Under the pieces are notes generated by a model. It was given only the letters and a program-made list of their open reading frames with translations. It was not told the DNA's origin and made no database searches. DNA of 64,000 bases from Parachlamydiales bacterium (GTDB taxonomy: Bacteria; Chlamydiota; Chlamydiia; Chlamydiales; SM23-39), in NCBI GenBank assembly GCA_016931275.1, contig JAFGFA010000014.1:11954-75953 (forward strand), written 5' to 3'. Both the position numbers and the translations under genes were made by a program. Shown piece by piece: positions 11,108 through 21,151 of the stretch; the first letter of the stretch is position 1; the number at the start of each line of letters is the position of its first letter.

Positions 11108-12481
11108 TCATGATGATAGAGGACTTTTTTCTCTTCTTTTTTCCCTCTTCACCAAGGCAAAAAACATTTTATTCTCAGTAGATACGACTCCGGACAGGAA
11201 AAGAAGGGCCAACAAATTAGGCAACGCCATCAAACCGTTCATAATATCGGCAAAAGGCCAAACGACATCTACTGTAAGCAACGATCCTAAAAACACAAAT
11301 GATAAAAAGACCATGCGATAGAAAAAGATATATCTTTCCCCAAAAAGATACTCAAAACACTTTTCACCATAATAAGACCATCCAAGAATCGTAGAAAAAC
11401 CGAACAATACCAACCCCGTTGCTACAATAAAGTTACCTCCAGGAAGAACGGATTGAAAGGCATGCATCACTAAAGGAGCCCCATTAAGAGCTATTCCATT
11501 CCTTTCCCAAGTTCCATTGCCGCTGGTTACGCCTAGCACTAAGACCGTAATGGTACATACGATAAAACTGGATAAAAATACTCCGGACATGGAAATAAGC
11601 GCTTGCCGTCCTGGGACATCTGTCTTTGCTGCCGCTGCTGCTATCGGAGAACTCCCTAACCCTGCTTCATTAGAAGAAATTCCACGGGCTATTCCCATCT
11701 GCAAAGCCATCATCATTCCCGATCCCAAAAAACCACCTGCCATTGCCCTACCCGTAAAAGCCTCCTTAAAAATAAGACTAAAAGTCGGAATAATATGATC
11801 GCAGCGCATAAAGAGAATGACAAGACCTCCCAAAACATAAAAAAGAGCCATAATGGGTACTAAAAAAGCATTAATTTTTCCTAAACTTTTAATTCCTCCG
11901 ATAATGACACATCCGCTCAAAAGGGTTAAAAGAATCCCCGTCCCTAATGAGGGAAAATGAAAAAGATCCTGCATAGCATCAGATATCGATTGGGATTGAA
12001 TAAGATTCCCCCCTCCAAAGGTTGCAAAAACGCCAAAAAGAGAGAAAAATATCGCAAGCCATTTCCATCGAAGACCTTTTTCAATATAATACATTGGTCC
12101 GCCGCACATTTGCTCCCTTTTGTCAAGAGAACGATATTTAACGGCTAATATCGCTTCAGCATATTTAGTCGCCATCCCAATAAAAGCCACCACCCACATC
12201 CAAAAAATGGCACCAAAACCTCCTCCAACAACGGCCGTTGCCATCCCGGCTATACTACCAATGCCAATTGTTGCCGCCAAGGCCGTCATCAAAGACTGAA
12301 ACTGACTAATATCTCCTTGAGCCTGATTATCATGACGAGAAAAAGCTAATCGTAATGCGTAGGGAAGATAACGAAATTGCATTCCTTTCAGTCGGACTGT
12401 CAAAAAAATACCAACAAACAGAAGAAAATATATCAAAAAATTCTGCCATAGGATTTTATCTAAATACGTTAGTATATTCAT
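11108..12481 (-). CDS. alanine/glycine:cation symporter (AGCS family)
   Basis: 457 aa, polytopic. The N-terminus LDKILWQNFLIYFLLFVGIFLTVRLKGMQFRYL and the motif GISSNEAGLGSSPIAAAAAKT are typical of AGCS transporters. Confidence 0.88.
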   Translation of the reverse strand: MNILTYLDKILWQNFLIYFLLFVGIFLTVRLKGMQFRYLPYALRLAFSRHDNQAQGDISQFQSLMTALAATIGIGSIAGMATAVVGGGFGAIFWMWVVAFIGMATKYAEAILAVKYRSLDKREQMCGGPMYYIEKGLRWKWLAIFFSLFGVFATFGGGNLIQSQSISDAMQDLFHFPSLGTGILLTLLSGCVIIGGIKSLGKINAFLVPIMALFYVLGGLVILFMRCDHIIPTFSLIFKEAFTGRAMAGGFLGSGMMMALQMGIARGISSNEAGLGSSPIAAAAAKTDVPGRQALISMSGVFLSSFIVCTITVLVLGVTSGNGTWERNGIALNGAPLVMHAFQSVLPGGNFIVATGLVLFGFSTILGWSYYGEKCFEYLFGERYIFFYRMVFLSFVFLGSLLTVDVVWPFADIMNGLMALPNLLALLFLSGVVSTENKMFFALVKREKRREKSPLSS

Positions 12482-12768
12482 ATTATTTTCTTCCCTAAAA
12501 ACCGATCAAACTTTTAGTGCTCTATTGGAATAGCATACGATTTTTTCTGATTATTGTCGGCCTTAATTTCTATTCCTCATTTCATAGAAATCCTGTTATT
12601 AAGACATTGTTTTAATAATTGAGAAAAAAATGTTTTATTACAAAAAAAATATTTCTCAAAACATTCTCAAAATTATCCGCGACTTTTTATCTTACTTGTA
12701 TATAATATCTATTCGTTGAATTCGTTTTGATTATTGAAGATTTGCTTTCTATAAAGGAAAAAATATAC

Positions 12769-13815
12769 ATGATATTTCAATCTGTTGAAGAAAAAAAATT
12801 TCCTGCTCCAGATATCATCAAAAAAGTTTTACCACTCCCCCAAAATGATTCTCTAAAAATCCATGCCTTTCGCTGTAAGGCACAAAGTCATTTCTTTACG
12901 GAAAACAAAAAAACCATTTTATTTGTAGGGCCTTGTTCCATTCATGATACCAACAGTTTTTTTCTCTATGCTCAAAAACTGTTTTCTCTTCAAAAAAGAG
13001 TAAAGAATTTTTTCATTATTCTTCGATTTTATCCGGAAAAAGCCAGAACCAAAAAAAGTTGGAAAGGGTTTTTATACGATCCTTATCTCGATGGATCTGA
13101 CGCTATGGAAGAGGGTCTTCTCCAAGCACGCAGTTTATTGTTGCAAATCACTCGCATAGGCCTCCCTTGTTGTATGGAATTTGTCTCTCCTTATTTTATT
13201 CCCTATCTAGACGATATGATAACATGGGGTTTTATTGGCGCTCGTACGGTATGTTCACAAATCCATCGTCTTATCGCTTCTTCTCTAAACATACCTATCG
13301 GTTTTAAAAATTCTCTGGATGGAACTATTGAAACAGCATTAGACGCTGTAGAAACAAGTCGGGAAAACCATACATTTCTTTCGATGAACTCATCTGGAGA
13401 GCTTGTAAAAACCCGTTCTTCAGGCAATCCCTTTACGCATATTGTTTTGCGAGGAGGAAATACAAAAACAAATTATGATCCTCATTCCATAGAAAAAACG
13501 ATGGAAACCATGAAAAAAATGAATATAGAATCTCCTCTTGCTATAGACTGTGCACATGGCAATTCCCACAAAGATCTCGAAAAGCAAAAGAAATGCTTTC
13601 TACACACTATCAAAACAATGGTTCATTATCCCAGCTATCCCATTAAAGGGATCATGTTAGAAAGCAATATCCTAGAAGGAAAACAAAATCACTCCTCTTC
13701 CATCCGCTGGGGTCTTTCGCTAACAGATCCTTGTTTAGGCTGGTCTTCTACGGAAAAACTGATATTATGGGCTGATGATTTTTTATCAAAAGAAATAAGT
13801 TTTGTCCACAGTTGA
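12769..13815 (+). CDS. 3-deoxy-7-phosphoheptulonate (DAHP) synthase, class I
   Basis: FVGPCSIHD, EKARTKKSWKGFLYDP (KPRT-like), IGARTVCSQIHR and the C-terminus LTDPCLGW match AroF/G/H-type DAHPS. The ORF track starts at TTG 12727; ATG 12769 after AAGGAA gives about 348 aa, the usual length. Confidence 0.85.
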   Translation: MIFQSVEEKKFPAPDIIKKVLPLPQNDSLKIHAFRCKAQSHFFTENKKTILFVGPCSIHDTNSFFLYAQKLFSLQKRVKNFFIILRFYPEKARTKKSWKGFLYDPYLDGSDAMEEGLLQARSLLLQITRIGLPCCMEFVSPYFIPYLDDMITWGFIGARTVCSQIHRLIASSLNIPIGFKNSLDGTIETALDAVETSRENHTFLSMNSSGELVKTRSSGNPFTHIVLRGGNTKTNYDPHSIEKTMETMKKMNIESPLAIDCAHGNSHKDLEKQKKCFLHTIKTMVHYPSYPIKGIMLESNILEGKQNHSSSIRWGLSLTDPCLGWSSTEKLILWADDFLSKEISFVHS

Positions 13816-14207
13816 TGTTGCCAGGTTCGAATGATCTCTCCCTCTTCTGTGATAATTTCAATAATATAGGTCAATATTCGTTGATCTTTTGCATGATCAA
13901 AATAAAAAGTTTTATAATCTCGTATTCTCTCAATAGGATAAAAAAACGATTCTTGAAGGTTATTCCAATATAGCACTTTAAGAAGAAGAGTTAATTTTTT
14001 TTGAAAATCATCAAAAGAAAAATCCCAATTGATCACCAATCTTTCGCCATGAGGAGGGTTTTCCTGACGAGGATCAGGAGTTTTCACATAAGTACTCGCC
14101 AAAAAATCCTTATCCATTTTCTGTTGTTGCACATATAGGTTATTTTTATAACAGGAAACCATTAGAAGAAACGAAAACAAAAAAATAATTTTGATATAAG
14201 AATGCAT
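13689..14207 (-). CDS. putative lipoprotein (hypothetical)
   Basis: ORF 13689-14228. From ATG 14207 the N-terminus MHSYIKIIFLFSFLLMVSC carries a lipobox-like LMVSC. The last 127 nt overlap the 3' end of the convergent DAHP synthase gene. Confidence 0.5.
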   Translation of the reverse strand: MHSYIKIIFLFSFLLMVSCYKNNLYVQQQKMDKDFLASTYVKTPDPRQENPPHGERLVINWDFSFDDFQKKLTLLLKVLYWNNLQESFFYPIERIRDYKTFYFDHAKDQRILTYIIEIITEEGEIIRTWQHQLWTKLISFDKKSSAHNISFSVEDQPKQGSVSERPQRMEEE

Positions 14208-14268
14208 GTAAAAAACGATTTTCAACAAAAAAAAACTGTACTATACTTAGTTGTTTTGAGCAATTTGT

Positions 14269-14775
14269 ATGTTAGATAAAAGTGTGGCCACTACTATATT
14301 CTCTCATGATAGAACGAAAATTTTACTTATTAAACGTAGGGATGTTCCCGTATGGGTATTACCCGGAGGAGGCATAGAAAAAAATGAATCTCCGGAAGAA
14401 GCCATTTTACGAGAAATTCAAGAAGAAACAGGCTATACTTCTCCTACCTTAATTCGCAAAGTAGGAGAATATGCTCCCATTAATCGATTGGCTCGATATA
14501 CCTATCTTTTTGAATGTTCCGTTCCCCCTGAGGAACATACTTTGGAAAACGAAGAAGTAAAAGAAATAAAATTCTTCCCTCTCAATTCTCTTCCCCACTA
14601 TTTGCCCCCGCCTTATAAAGAATGGATTGATGATGGAAAGAAAAATATTCCTACAGTGATTTACAAAAGGCTTCATCAAATTAACTATCTTGCATTTTTC
14701 AAAAATTGCCTTTGTCACCCTGTTTTAATTATTCGTTTTTTGCTTGCAAGGCTTGGCTTCCCGATTAATACCTAA
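14269..14775 (+). CDS. NUDIX hydrolase
   Basis: Nudix box GGGIEKNESPEEAILREIQEETG (Gx5Ex7REUxEExGU). Confidence 0.85.
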   Translation: MLDKSVATTIFSHDRTKILLIKRRDVPVWVLPGGGIEKNESPEEAILREIQEETGYTSPTLIRKVGEYAPINRLARYTYLFECSVPPEEHTLENEEVKEIKFFPLNSLPHYLPPPYKEWIDDGKKNIPTVIYKRLHQINYLAFFKNCLCHPVLIIRFLLARLGFPINT

Positions 14776-14799
14776 TTCAATTCTATTTGATATCGAGTA

Positions 14800-15273
14800 T
14801 TAAGGAATAAGAAGATTTTCCAAATCTTCTTCATGTTCCACTTCTTCTTTCAAGATTTCCAGTGCCATATCATAGGTAATCGGATCTTTTGTATGAGTAA
14901 AATCTAACAGTTTTTGATACACAGCAATAGCACACCGCTCCCCTGAGATATTTTGTTTTAGAATGGCTTCTACAGAAACATCATTTGGCGCATCATAACG
15001 ACAATTCGCTATTTCGATCCATTGTTTAGGATGGTTTACTGGAGAGCCTCCTAACTCAATAATTCTTTTCACCAACATTTTTGCATGTTTCAATTCTTCT
15101 TCAGCATGTTCTTCTAGTTCCTTTTGCACAATTGACCCTAGACGGCCTTCAACGACTTGAGCTCCTATCCAATATTGGTAATAAGCTAACCATTCGTCCG
15201 CCAAAGCCTTATTCAGAAGATTCAGCAATTGAGCAATATCTAATGCAACAATTTTTTTTCCTTGTTCGCCCAT
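14800..15273 (-). CDS. ferritin-like (bacterioferritin/DPS-like) protein
   Basis: 157 aa four-helix-bundle pattern with di-iron ligand-like EExxH pairs (ELEEHAEEELKHAKML and EEVEHEEDL). It is divergent from nrdD. Confidence 0.72.
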   Translation of the reverse strand: MGEQGKKIVALDIAQLLNLLNKALADEWLAYYQYWIGAQVVEGRLGSIVQKELEEHAEEELKHAKMLVKRIIELGGSPVNHPKQWIEIANCRYDAPNDVSVEAILKQNISGERCAIAVYQKLLDFTHTKDPITYDMALEILKEEVEHEEDLENLLIP

Positions 15274-15413
15274 AATACCCCTCCATTTTTCTTTTATAGG
15301 GATATCTTTTTTTTCCTTTTATCGCAAATTGAAAATCACAACCCGCTCAGTTATCAGCACTAAAAAAGTTTTCTGAAAAAGAGTAAAAAAAAATTGTAGA
15401 AAAAAAATTCAAA

Positions 15414-15461
15414 AATCTATATGTAGTAGAATTAAAAAGATTAAAACACAATATATTGTAT
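15414..15461 (+). promoter_or_regulatory. two candidate NrdR boxes upstream of nrdD
   Basis: Box 2, ACACAATATATTGTAT (15446-15461), is a near-perfect match to the remembered NrdR palindrome acaCwAtATaTwGtgt. Box 1, AATCTATATGTAGTAG (15414-15429), is weaker (about 11/16). The 32-bp offset equals three helical turns, the usual tandem arrangement. Confidence 0.45.
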
Positions 15462-15486
15462 CTTAAAAAAGATGAGGTAAAAAAAT

Positions 15487-17601
15487 ATGAACCAGACAGA
15501 GAACCATTTGGGAATCCTCTCAAAAATCAAAAAGAGAAATGGAACTATTGTTCCTTTTGATGCTAAAAAAATTATCAACGCCTTAGCCAAAGCTGGAAAA
15601 GAAAGCGGTGAATATGATGAAGGGGTTGCCAAAACATTAACCATTCGGGTCTTACAACTCGCTAAACAGATTAAAGAAGATGAGATTTTATCGGTGGAAG
15701 ATATTCAGGATCTCGTCGAAGAAGTATTAATCTCATCTACTTTTAAGAAAACGGCCAAAGCTTATATTATCTATAGAGAACAACATGCACAAATTCGAGA
15801 AATCGCATCACAAGGAGGGATGGATCTTATCGAACAATACCTTGGCAAGCTAGATTGGCAGGTCAAAGAAAACAGCAATATGAGCTATTCTTTACAAGGA
15901 TTGCATAATTATATATCTTCTGAAACCAGCAAGCTCTACTGGCTGAATCGAATTTATCCCCCACCCATTAAAAAGGCTCATGTCGAAGGAGATTTTCACC
16001 TCCACGATTTGGGACATCTTGCTGTATACTGTGTAGGATGGGACTTAAAAGACCTTCTCACGGTAGGTTTTCAAGGAGTCGCTGGAAAAATACAAAGTGC
16101 TCCTCCAAAACATTTCCGATCTGCATTAGGACAAATTGTCAACTTCTTCTATACCCTTCAAGGAGAAGCGGCCGGCGCACAAGCATTTTCCAATTTTGAT
16201 ACATTAATGGCTCCTTTTATCTACTATGATCAACTCACTTATCCTCAAGTGAAGCAAGCGATGCAAGAGTTTATTTTCAATATTAATGTACCTACGCGCG
16301 TAGGATTTCAGACCCCTTTCACTAATATTACAATGGATCTTAAACCTTCTTCATTATTCAAAGACACTCCTGTTATTATTGGGGGAGAACCTCAAGAAAA
16401 GACCTACGGAGAATTCCAAAAAGAAATGGACATGCTCAACGAGGCTTTTTTAGAAGTGATGATTTCCGGTGATGCGAAAGGTCGCATATTCACCTTCCCT
16501 ATTCCTACTTACAATATGACCAAAGACTTTGAGTGGCATAATCCTAATTATAAAAAGCTCTGGGAAGTCACAGGAAAATATGGAATTCCTTATTTTGCCA
16601 ATTTCATTAATTCCGATATGAATCCGGAAGATACCCGTTCCATGTGTTGCCGACTACGTCTGGATACGACACAGCTTGCCAGTCGTGGAGGAGGTCTATT
16701 CGGCTCGAATCCTCTGACAGGTTCTGTCGGAGTTGTAACTCTCAATCTTCCAAGACTTGGTTATTTAGCAGAAAATAAAACTGACTTTTTTAACAGACTT
16801 TCCCATCTTATGGACCTCGCTAAAGAAAGTCTTGAAATCAAGCGTAAGGTCCTTGAAAAGCAGACAGAAGGAGGTTTATATCCATACTCCAAGTATTATC
16901 TTCGCAATATCTATGAACGCTTTGGAGTCTATTGGAAGAACCACTTTTCTACCATCGGCATATGCGGTATGAATGAAGCCTGTCTGAACTTCCTAAAAAC
17001 CTCTATTGCTACTGAGGAAGGAAAACAATTTTCGATGGAAGTACTAGATTTTATGAGAGAAAAACTGACTGTTTTTCAAAATGAAACACAGAACAACTAT
17101 AATTTGGAAGCAACACCTGCCGAAGGAACTTCTTATCGTCTTGCTCTACTCGATAAAAAACATTATCCGGATATTATTGTCGCCAATGAAGATCTGATTA
17201 AAAAGGGATCCAATCCTTTCTATACGAATTCTTCTCTACTTCCCGTCAATTATACCGATGATTTGATCGAAGCCTTAGACCATCAGGATTCCTTACAAAA
17301 AAAATATACAGGAGGTACGGTACTCCACGCTTTCTTGGGAGAAAAAATTAGTCATCCCGATAATGTGAAAAATTTGATCAAAAGGGTTTTCGAAAAATAC
17401 GAACTTCCCTATTTATCAATCACACCAACTTTCAGCATCTGTTCCAACCATGGTTATATTGCCGGCGAACATGCCACTTGTCCTACTTGCAATAATACCT
17501 GTGAAATATATTCGCGAGTGGTGGGATATTATCGCCCTGTGGATCAATGGAACGATGGGAAACAATCGGAATTTCAACTGAGAAAAGTCTATAACTCCTA
17601 G
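15487..17601 (+). CDS. nrdD: anaerobic ribonucleoside-triphosphate reductase (class III)
   Basis: 704 aa. N-terminal ATP-cone (KKRNGTIVPFDAKKIINAL), active-site region MCCRLRLD, C-terminal Zn ribbon CPTCNNTC and glycyl-radical motif SRVVGYYRPV. Confidence 0.92.
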   Translation: MNQTENHLGILSKIKKRNGTIVPFDAKKIINALAKAGKESGEYDEGVAKTLTIRVLQLAKQIKEDEILSVEDIQDLVEEVLISSTFKKTAKAYIIYREQHAQIREIASQGGMDLIEQYLGKLDWQVKENSNMSYSLQGLHNYISSETSKLYWLNRIYPPPIKKAHVEGDFHLHDLGHLAVYCVGWDLKDLLTVGFQGVAGKIQSAPPKHFRSALGQIVNFFYTLQGEAAGAQAFSNFDTLMAPFIYYDQLTYPQVKQAMQEFIFNINVPTRVGFQTPFTNITMDLKPSSLFKDTPVIIGGEPQEKTYGEFQKEMDMLNEAFLEVMISGDAKGRIFTFPIPTYNMTKDFEWHNPNYKKLWEVTGKYGIPYFANFINSDMNPEDTRSMCCRLRLDTTQLASRGGGLFGSNPLTGSVGVVTLNLPRLGYLAENKTDFFNRLSHLMDLAKESLEIKRKVLEKQTEGGLYPYSKYYLRNIYERFGVYWKNHFSTIGICGMNEACLNFLKTSIATEEGKQFSMEVLDFMREKLTVFQNETQNNYNLEATPAEGTSYRLALLDKKHYPDIIVANEDLIKKGSNPFYTNSSLLPVNYTDDLIEALDHQDSLQKKYTGGTVLHAFLGEKISHPDNVKNLIKRVFEKYELPYLSITPTFSICSNHGYIAGEHATCPTCNNTCEIYSRVVGYYRPVDQWNDGKQSEFQLRKVYNS

Positions 17602-17612
17602 TATAATTTTTT

Positions 17613-18302
17613 ATGAAATTTGGCGGATTACAGAAGTTTTCTCTAATAGATTACCCGGCGAAAGTAGCATGCGTGCTTTTTGTGCAAGGATGCTCCTTTC
17701 GCTGTCCCTTTTGCCATAATCCTTCTTTGGTTGATCCCAAAGCTTTTACCTCTTTACAACAAGAAGAGGACATTCTCCGATTTTTAGAAAAAAGAAGAGG
17801 AAAGCTCGATGGAATCGTCATATCGGGTGGAGAACCCACCCTCTTTCCTCAGTTACCCTCTTTTTTGAAAAAAATTCAAGAAATGGGCTTTTCCATCAAA
17901 CTCGATACCAATGGAAATCATCCCTCTGTTATACAAAAACTATTAGAAGCTTCTTTAATCGATTACATCGCTATGGATATAAAAGCTCCTCTGGAAAAAT
18001 ATTCACAAACAGTGAATATGCAAATCAAAACTCAAAATATTGAAAAAAGCATCAATCATATCATGCACGCATCCATTCCCTATGAATTTCGAACCACTCT
18101 TGTTCCAACGCTTCATGACGAGCAGGATATTGAAAAAATGGCGCTGCTGATTGCCAACGCATCTCTTTACATCTTACAAAAATTTCAACCAGCCAATGCT
18201 CTTCACACAAAATTTCAAACACTTCGCAGCTTCTCTGATCCAGAAATGAAACATTTTCAAAATATAGCTCAAAAACATGTTATGCGATGTGATTTGCGAT
18301 AA
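17613..18302 (+). CDS. nrdG: anaerobic RNR activating protein (radical SAM)
   Basis: CSFRCPFCHN (Cx3Cx2C), GGEPTL, and position immediately downstream of nrdD. Confidence 0.9.
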   Translation: MKFGGLQKFSLIDYPAKVACVLFVQGCSFRCPFCHNPSLVDPKAFTSLQQEEDILRFLEKRRGKLDGIVISGGEPTLFPQLPSFLKKIQEMGFSIKLDTNGNHPSVIQKLLEASLIDYIAMDIKAPLEKYSQTVNMQIKTQNIEKSINHIMHASIPYEFRTTLVPTLHDEQDIEKMALLIANASLYILQKFQPANALHTKFQTLRSFSDPEMKHFQNIAQKHVMRCDLR

Positions 18303-19152
18303 TTTTTGATTTTTTATAAAACGAAAAAGAGCTTTTGAACTGTTCTGACAAATAAAATTCCTCAAAAACACCTATATGGGTAAAGCCCATTTTCTCATAA
18401 ATTCTCTTTCCGGCCTCCGAAGCTTGCAACACTACAATTTGGCCTTTTTTTTGATCGGCACGATTCAACAGAAACTGAATCATTTCGGTCGCATATCCCT
18501 TTTTTCTCTCTTTCGGATCGGTTACTATATAGTAAATACCGCACACATTTGCATGAAAAACCAATACTCCGGCCGTAACCGGTTTATCATTGACATATCC
18601 AATATATAGTTCATAGGGCGTCCCCTCTTGGTACATATAAGGAGGAATATGACTGTAGACCATATCGAAAATGCGTTCATGAAATCCCATATAGGTCAAA
18701 AGAGAACAAAATACTTTCATATCTTCCGGCGCCAAAACTCTTTTAATGTGAAGATGGTCTACGGGACAAGGATGGTGGCAAGCCAGATTCAAATACATCG
18801 CATAATCATAAGCCCTAGGTTCTAATCCGTAATAGAGCAAACCTTCTCGTAAATTATAGGGAGTATCTAAAGGACCGATCCACCAATAAAAAGGGAGATT
18901 CAATTGTGTAAAAATCTCAATAGTTGCAGCGATTTTTCTTAAAAAGTTTTCTTCCGTAAAGCGGATATTCATCACAAGATTATGATTATCATCATCTATG
19001 CGCGTACATACTATTGTGGCACCATCATTAACAACACACATCTGAGGAATCGCTTTCGAAAAATAGGTTGTTTGAAAAAGCATATTATGACTCATCGCTT
19101 CTAAAATGCACTGAGTCTCTTTTTCAAAAACCAACGGTTCTATTATAAACAT
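18280..19152 (-). CDS. GNAT-family N-acetyltransferase (two-domain, 290 aa)
   Basis: The C-terminal domain has the acetyl-CoA motif region RKKGYATEMIQFLLNRA...EAGKRIYEKMGF. Its 3' end overlaps nrdG by 23 nt (convergent). Confidence 0.7.
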   Translation of the reverse strand: MFIIEPLVFEKETQCILEAMSHNMLFQTTYFSKAIPQMCVVNDGATIVCTRIDDDNHNLVMNIRFTEENFLRKIAATIEIFTQLNLPFYWWIGPLDTPYNLREGLLYYGLEPRAYDYAMYLNLACHHPCPVDHLHIKRVLAPEDMKVFCSLLTYMGFHERIFDMVYSHIPPYMYQEGTPYELYIGYVNDKPVTAGVLVFHANVCGIYYIVTDPKERKKGYATEMIQFLLNRADQKKGQIVVLQASEAGKRIYEKMGFTHIGVFEEFYLSEQFKSSFSFYKKSKIIANHIA

Positions 19153-19665
19153 AATATTCTATGCTTCCTATGCAACTCAAAGAGTTCCTCTATTCCTTTC
19201 CCTATAAAAAAACGATTCTCCTCATCATTTTTCTTCTCTCTAAACAAAAAAAAATCCTCTAAAAAACGATTTTGCAAAATAAAAAAAGATGAAATACAAA
19301 AAAAGACAAAACAAATAATATTCGCAACTTGATGGAATAGATAGCAAAAGGGAGGAATAAAGGATTCCTTGTGTTGATTGCTTATTCAACAGTAATTATA
19401 TCCTTTCATTTCTTTTTTGCATTACCATTTTTTGGAAATAACACTGTTCGAAGAGCTCTCGAGAAACGACTCTCAACTCTCTGGGTTTTAATATATTAAA
19501 ACTTCGTGATCTAATCTTTTTTCTTGATCCTTGAAAGAGTTATAACGGGTATTTTCTTCCGATTCTATTGATGATAAGAGAATCTATAAAATTATTTTTA
19601 ATAAGCTTGTCCCAGAAATGTATATTTATATTCCAAAAAATCAATGAGTTATATAAACTTTTTTT

Positions 19666-20928
19666 ATGAATCCAATCTCTTCTCTTCCTCAAATTACAGC
19701 ACCTATATCCAATCATACTACTCTTCAAGCGGCGTTAGATGGTGGTGCCGATTCAGTATACTTTGGGGTAGATGCTTTGAACATGCGGATTGGCGCTGCA
19801 AAACATTTTTCTATCGACGACATTCCATCTATTACGTCTCTCTGCCATAATCGACAAAAAAAGTGTTATCTTGCGCTTAATTCTATTATTTATAATGAAG
19901 ACCTCCCCCTAATGAAAAGAATCTGTGACGAAGCTAAAAAGGGACAAATAGATGGCCTTATTGCCTCAGATTTTTCGGTGATTCTCTATGCTCATTCTTT
20001 AGGCATTCCTGTCCATTTATCCACACAAATGAATATTACAAACAGTGAAGAAGTAGCTTTTTTTTCTAATTACGCCGATGTGATGGTTCTTGCTAGAGAA
20101 CTTTCCTTAGAACAGATCCAAAAAATCTGTTCAGACATTCAAGAAAAAAAAATCACAGGTCCTTCTGGAGAGCTTATCAAGATTGAAGTGTTCATTCACG
20201 GAGCTCTTTGTGTAGCCATCTCCGGTAAGTGTTACATGAGTCTAGCTCAATATAATCATTCCGCCAATCGAGGACAATGCCTTCAAGCTTGCAGAAGAAA
20301 ATATCTCGTAAAAGAAGAGGAAACCGGAAAAGAATTAATCATAGATAATCAATATATTATGTCTCCGAAAGATCTTTGTACTATTGCTATCCTAGATCGG
20401 TTGGTTCATACGGGAGTATCGATTCTAAAAATCGAAGGACGCGGAAAATCTCCCGAATATGTAAAAACCGTAACACAGGTATATAAAGAAGCCTTAATGA
20501 GCATCCTCCATAAAGGATTCACTCCAGACAAGATAGAAACCTGGCAAAAAAAGCTGAAAGAGGTCTATAACCGCGCTTTTTGGGAAGGAGGATATTACCT
20601 AGGACTTAAAAGCGAAGAAATGTGGAGCGGCTCTTACGGCTCTCAAGCAACCCATAAAAAAAGCTATGCAGGAAAAGTCCTTCATTATTTTCCCCAAAAA
20701 AAAATCGCAGAATGCCTTATACAAGGTTCTGTTCTTCAAAAAGGAAAGCTAGTGATCATTTCCGGCCCTAAAACAGGCGTAGTAGAAGAGCTGATTACTT
20801 CTATACAACATCATGAAACTATCGAACCACAGCAAGGATCCGTTGTTACGTTTCCCTGTAAAAATCCTGTGAAAAAAAATGATGAAATCTATCTAATAAC
20901 CCCAAAAGCAAATGAACGAAACTCTTGA
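19666..20928 (+). CDS. peptidase U32-family protein (TrhP/RlhA/UbiU-type)
   Basis: 420 aa. U32 signature EVFIHGALCVAISGKCYMS and N-terminal GADSVYFG. Confidence 0.85.
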   Translation: MNPISSLPQITAPISNHTTLQAALDGGADSVYFGVDALNMRIGAAKHFSIDDIPSITSLCHNRQKKCYLALNSIIYNEDLPLMKRICDEAKKGQIDGLIASDFSVILYAHSLGIPVHLSTQMNITNSEEVAFFSNYADVMVLARELSLEQIQKICSDIQEKKITGPSGELIKIEVFIHGALCVAISGKCYMSLAQYNHSANRGQCLQACRRKYLVKEEETGKELIIDNQYIMSPKDLCTIAILDRLVHTGVSILKIEGRGKSPEYVKTVTQVYKEALMSILHKGFTPDKIETWQKKLKEVYNRAFWEGGYYLGLKSEEMWSGSYGSQATHKKSYAGKVLHYFPQKKIAECLIQGSVLQKGKLVIISGPKTGVVEELITSIQHHETIEPQQGSVVTFPCKNPVKKNDEIYLITPKANERNS

Positions 20929-21151
20929 GAATATTCGCAGCCAAATCGATCAACTCGATGACGAGATTATACAATTACTGGCAAAACGTTTTATTTTGTG
21001 CAAAAAAACTTCAAAATTCAAAAAACAAGCCGAAGATCTTGAAAGAGAAAAAAAAATTTTCACAAAAATTTCTTCTCCCTATATACAGCATATATATAGG
21101 GAAATAATATTCCAGGCAAAACAGTTCCAAGGAAAAGAAGATGATTTTTGA
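20912..21151 (+). CDS. chorismate mutase, AroQ class (stand-alone, 79 aa)
   Basis: LENIRSQIDQLDDEIIQLLAKRFILCKKTSKFKK...REIIFQAKQFQ fits the AroQ helical pattern (LRxxID..ID..LL.LL..R....K...RE...Q). It overlaps the U32 gene by 17 nt. Confidence 0.7.
   Translation: MNETLENIRSQIDQLDDEIIQLLAKRFILCKKTSKFKKQAEDLEREKKIFTKISSPYIQHIYREIIFQAKQFQGKEDDF

Noticed and set aside
12619-12680. Imperfect inverted repeat (TTGAGAAAAAAATGTTTT ... AAAACATTCTCAA) upstream of DAHP synthase, a possible regulator site or attenuator
   Set aside because: It is an AT-rich, gapped match with no known box that I can name. It is too weak to call.
19153-19665. Unusually long (513 bp) intergenic region between the GNAT and U32 genes, checked for ncRNA, small ORFs and repeats
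   Set aside because: Only short A-rich repeats (AAAAACGATT x2) and a GAGCTCTCGAG palindrome are present. Nothing could be supported without covariance-model or RNA-seq data.
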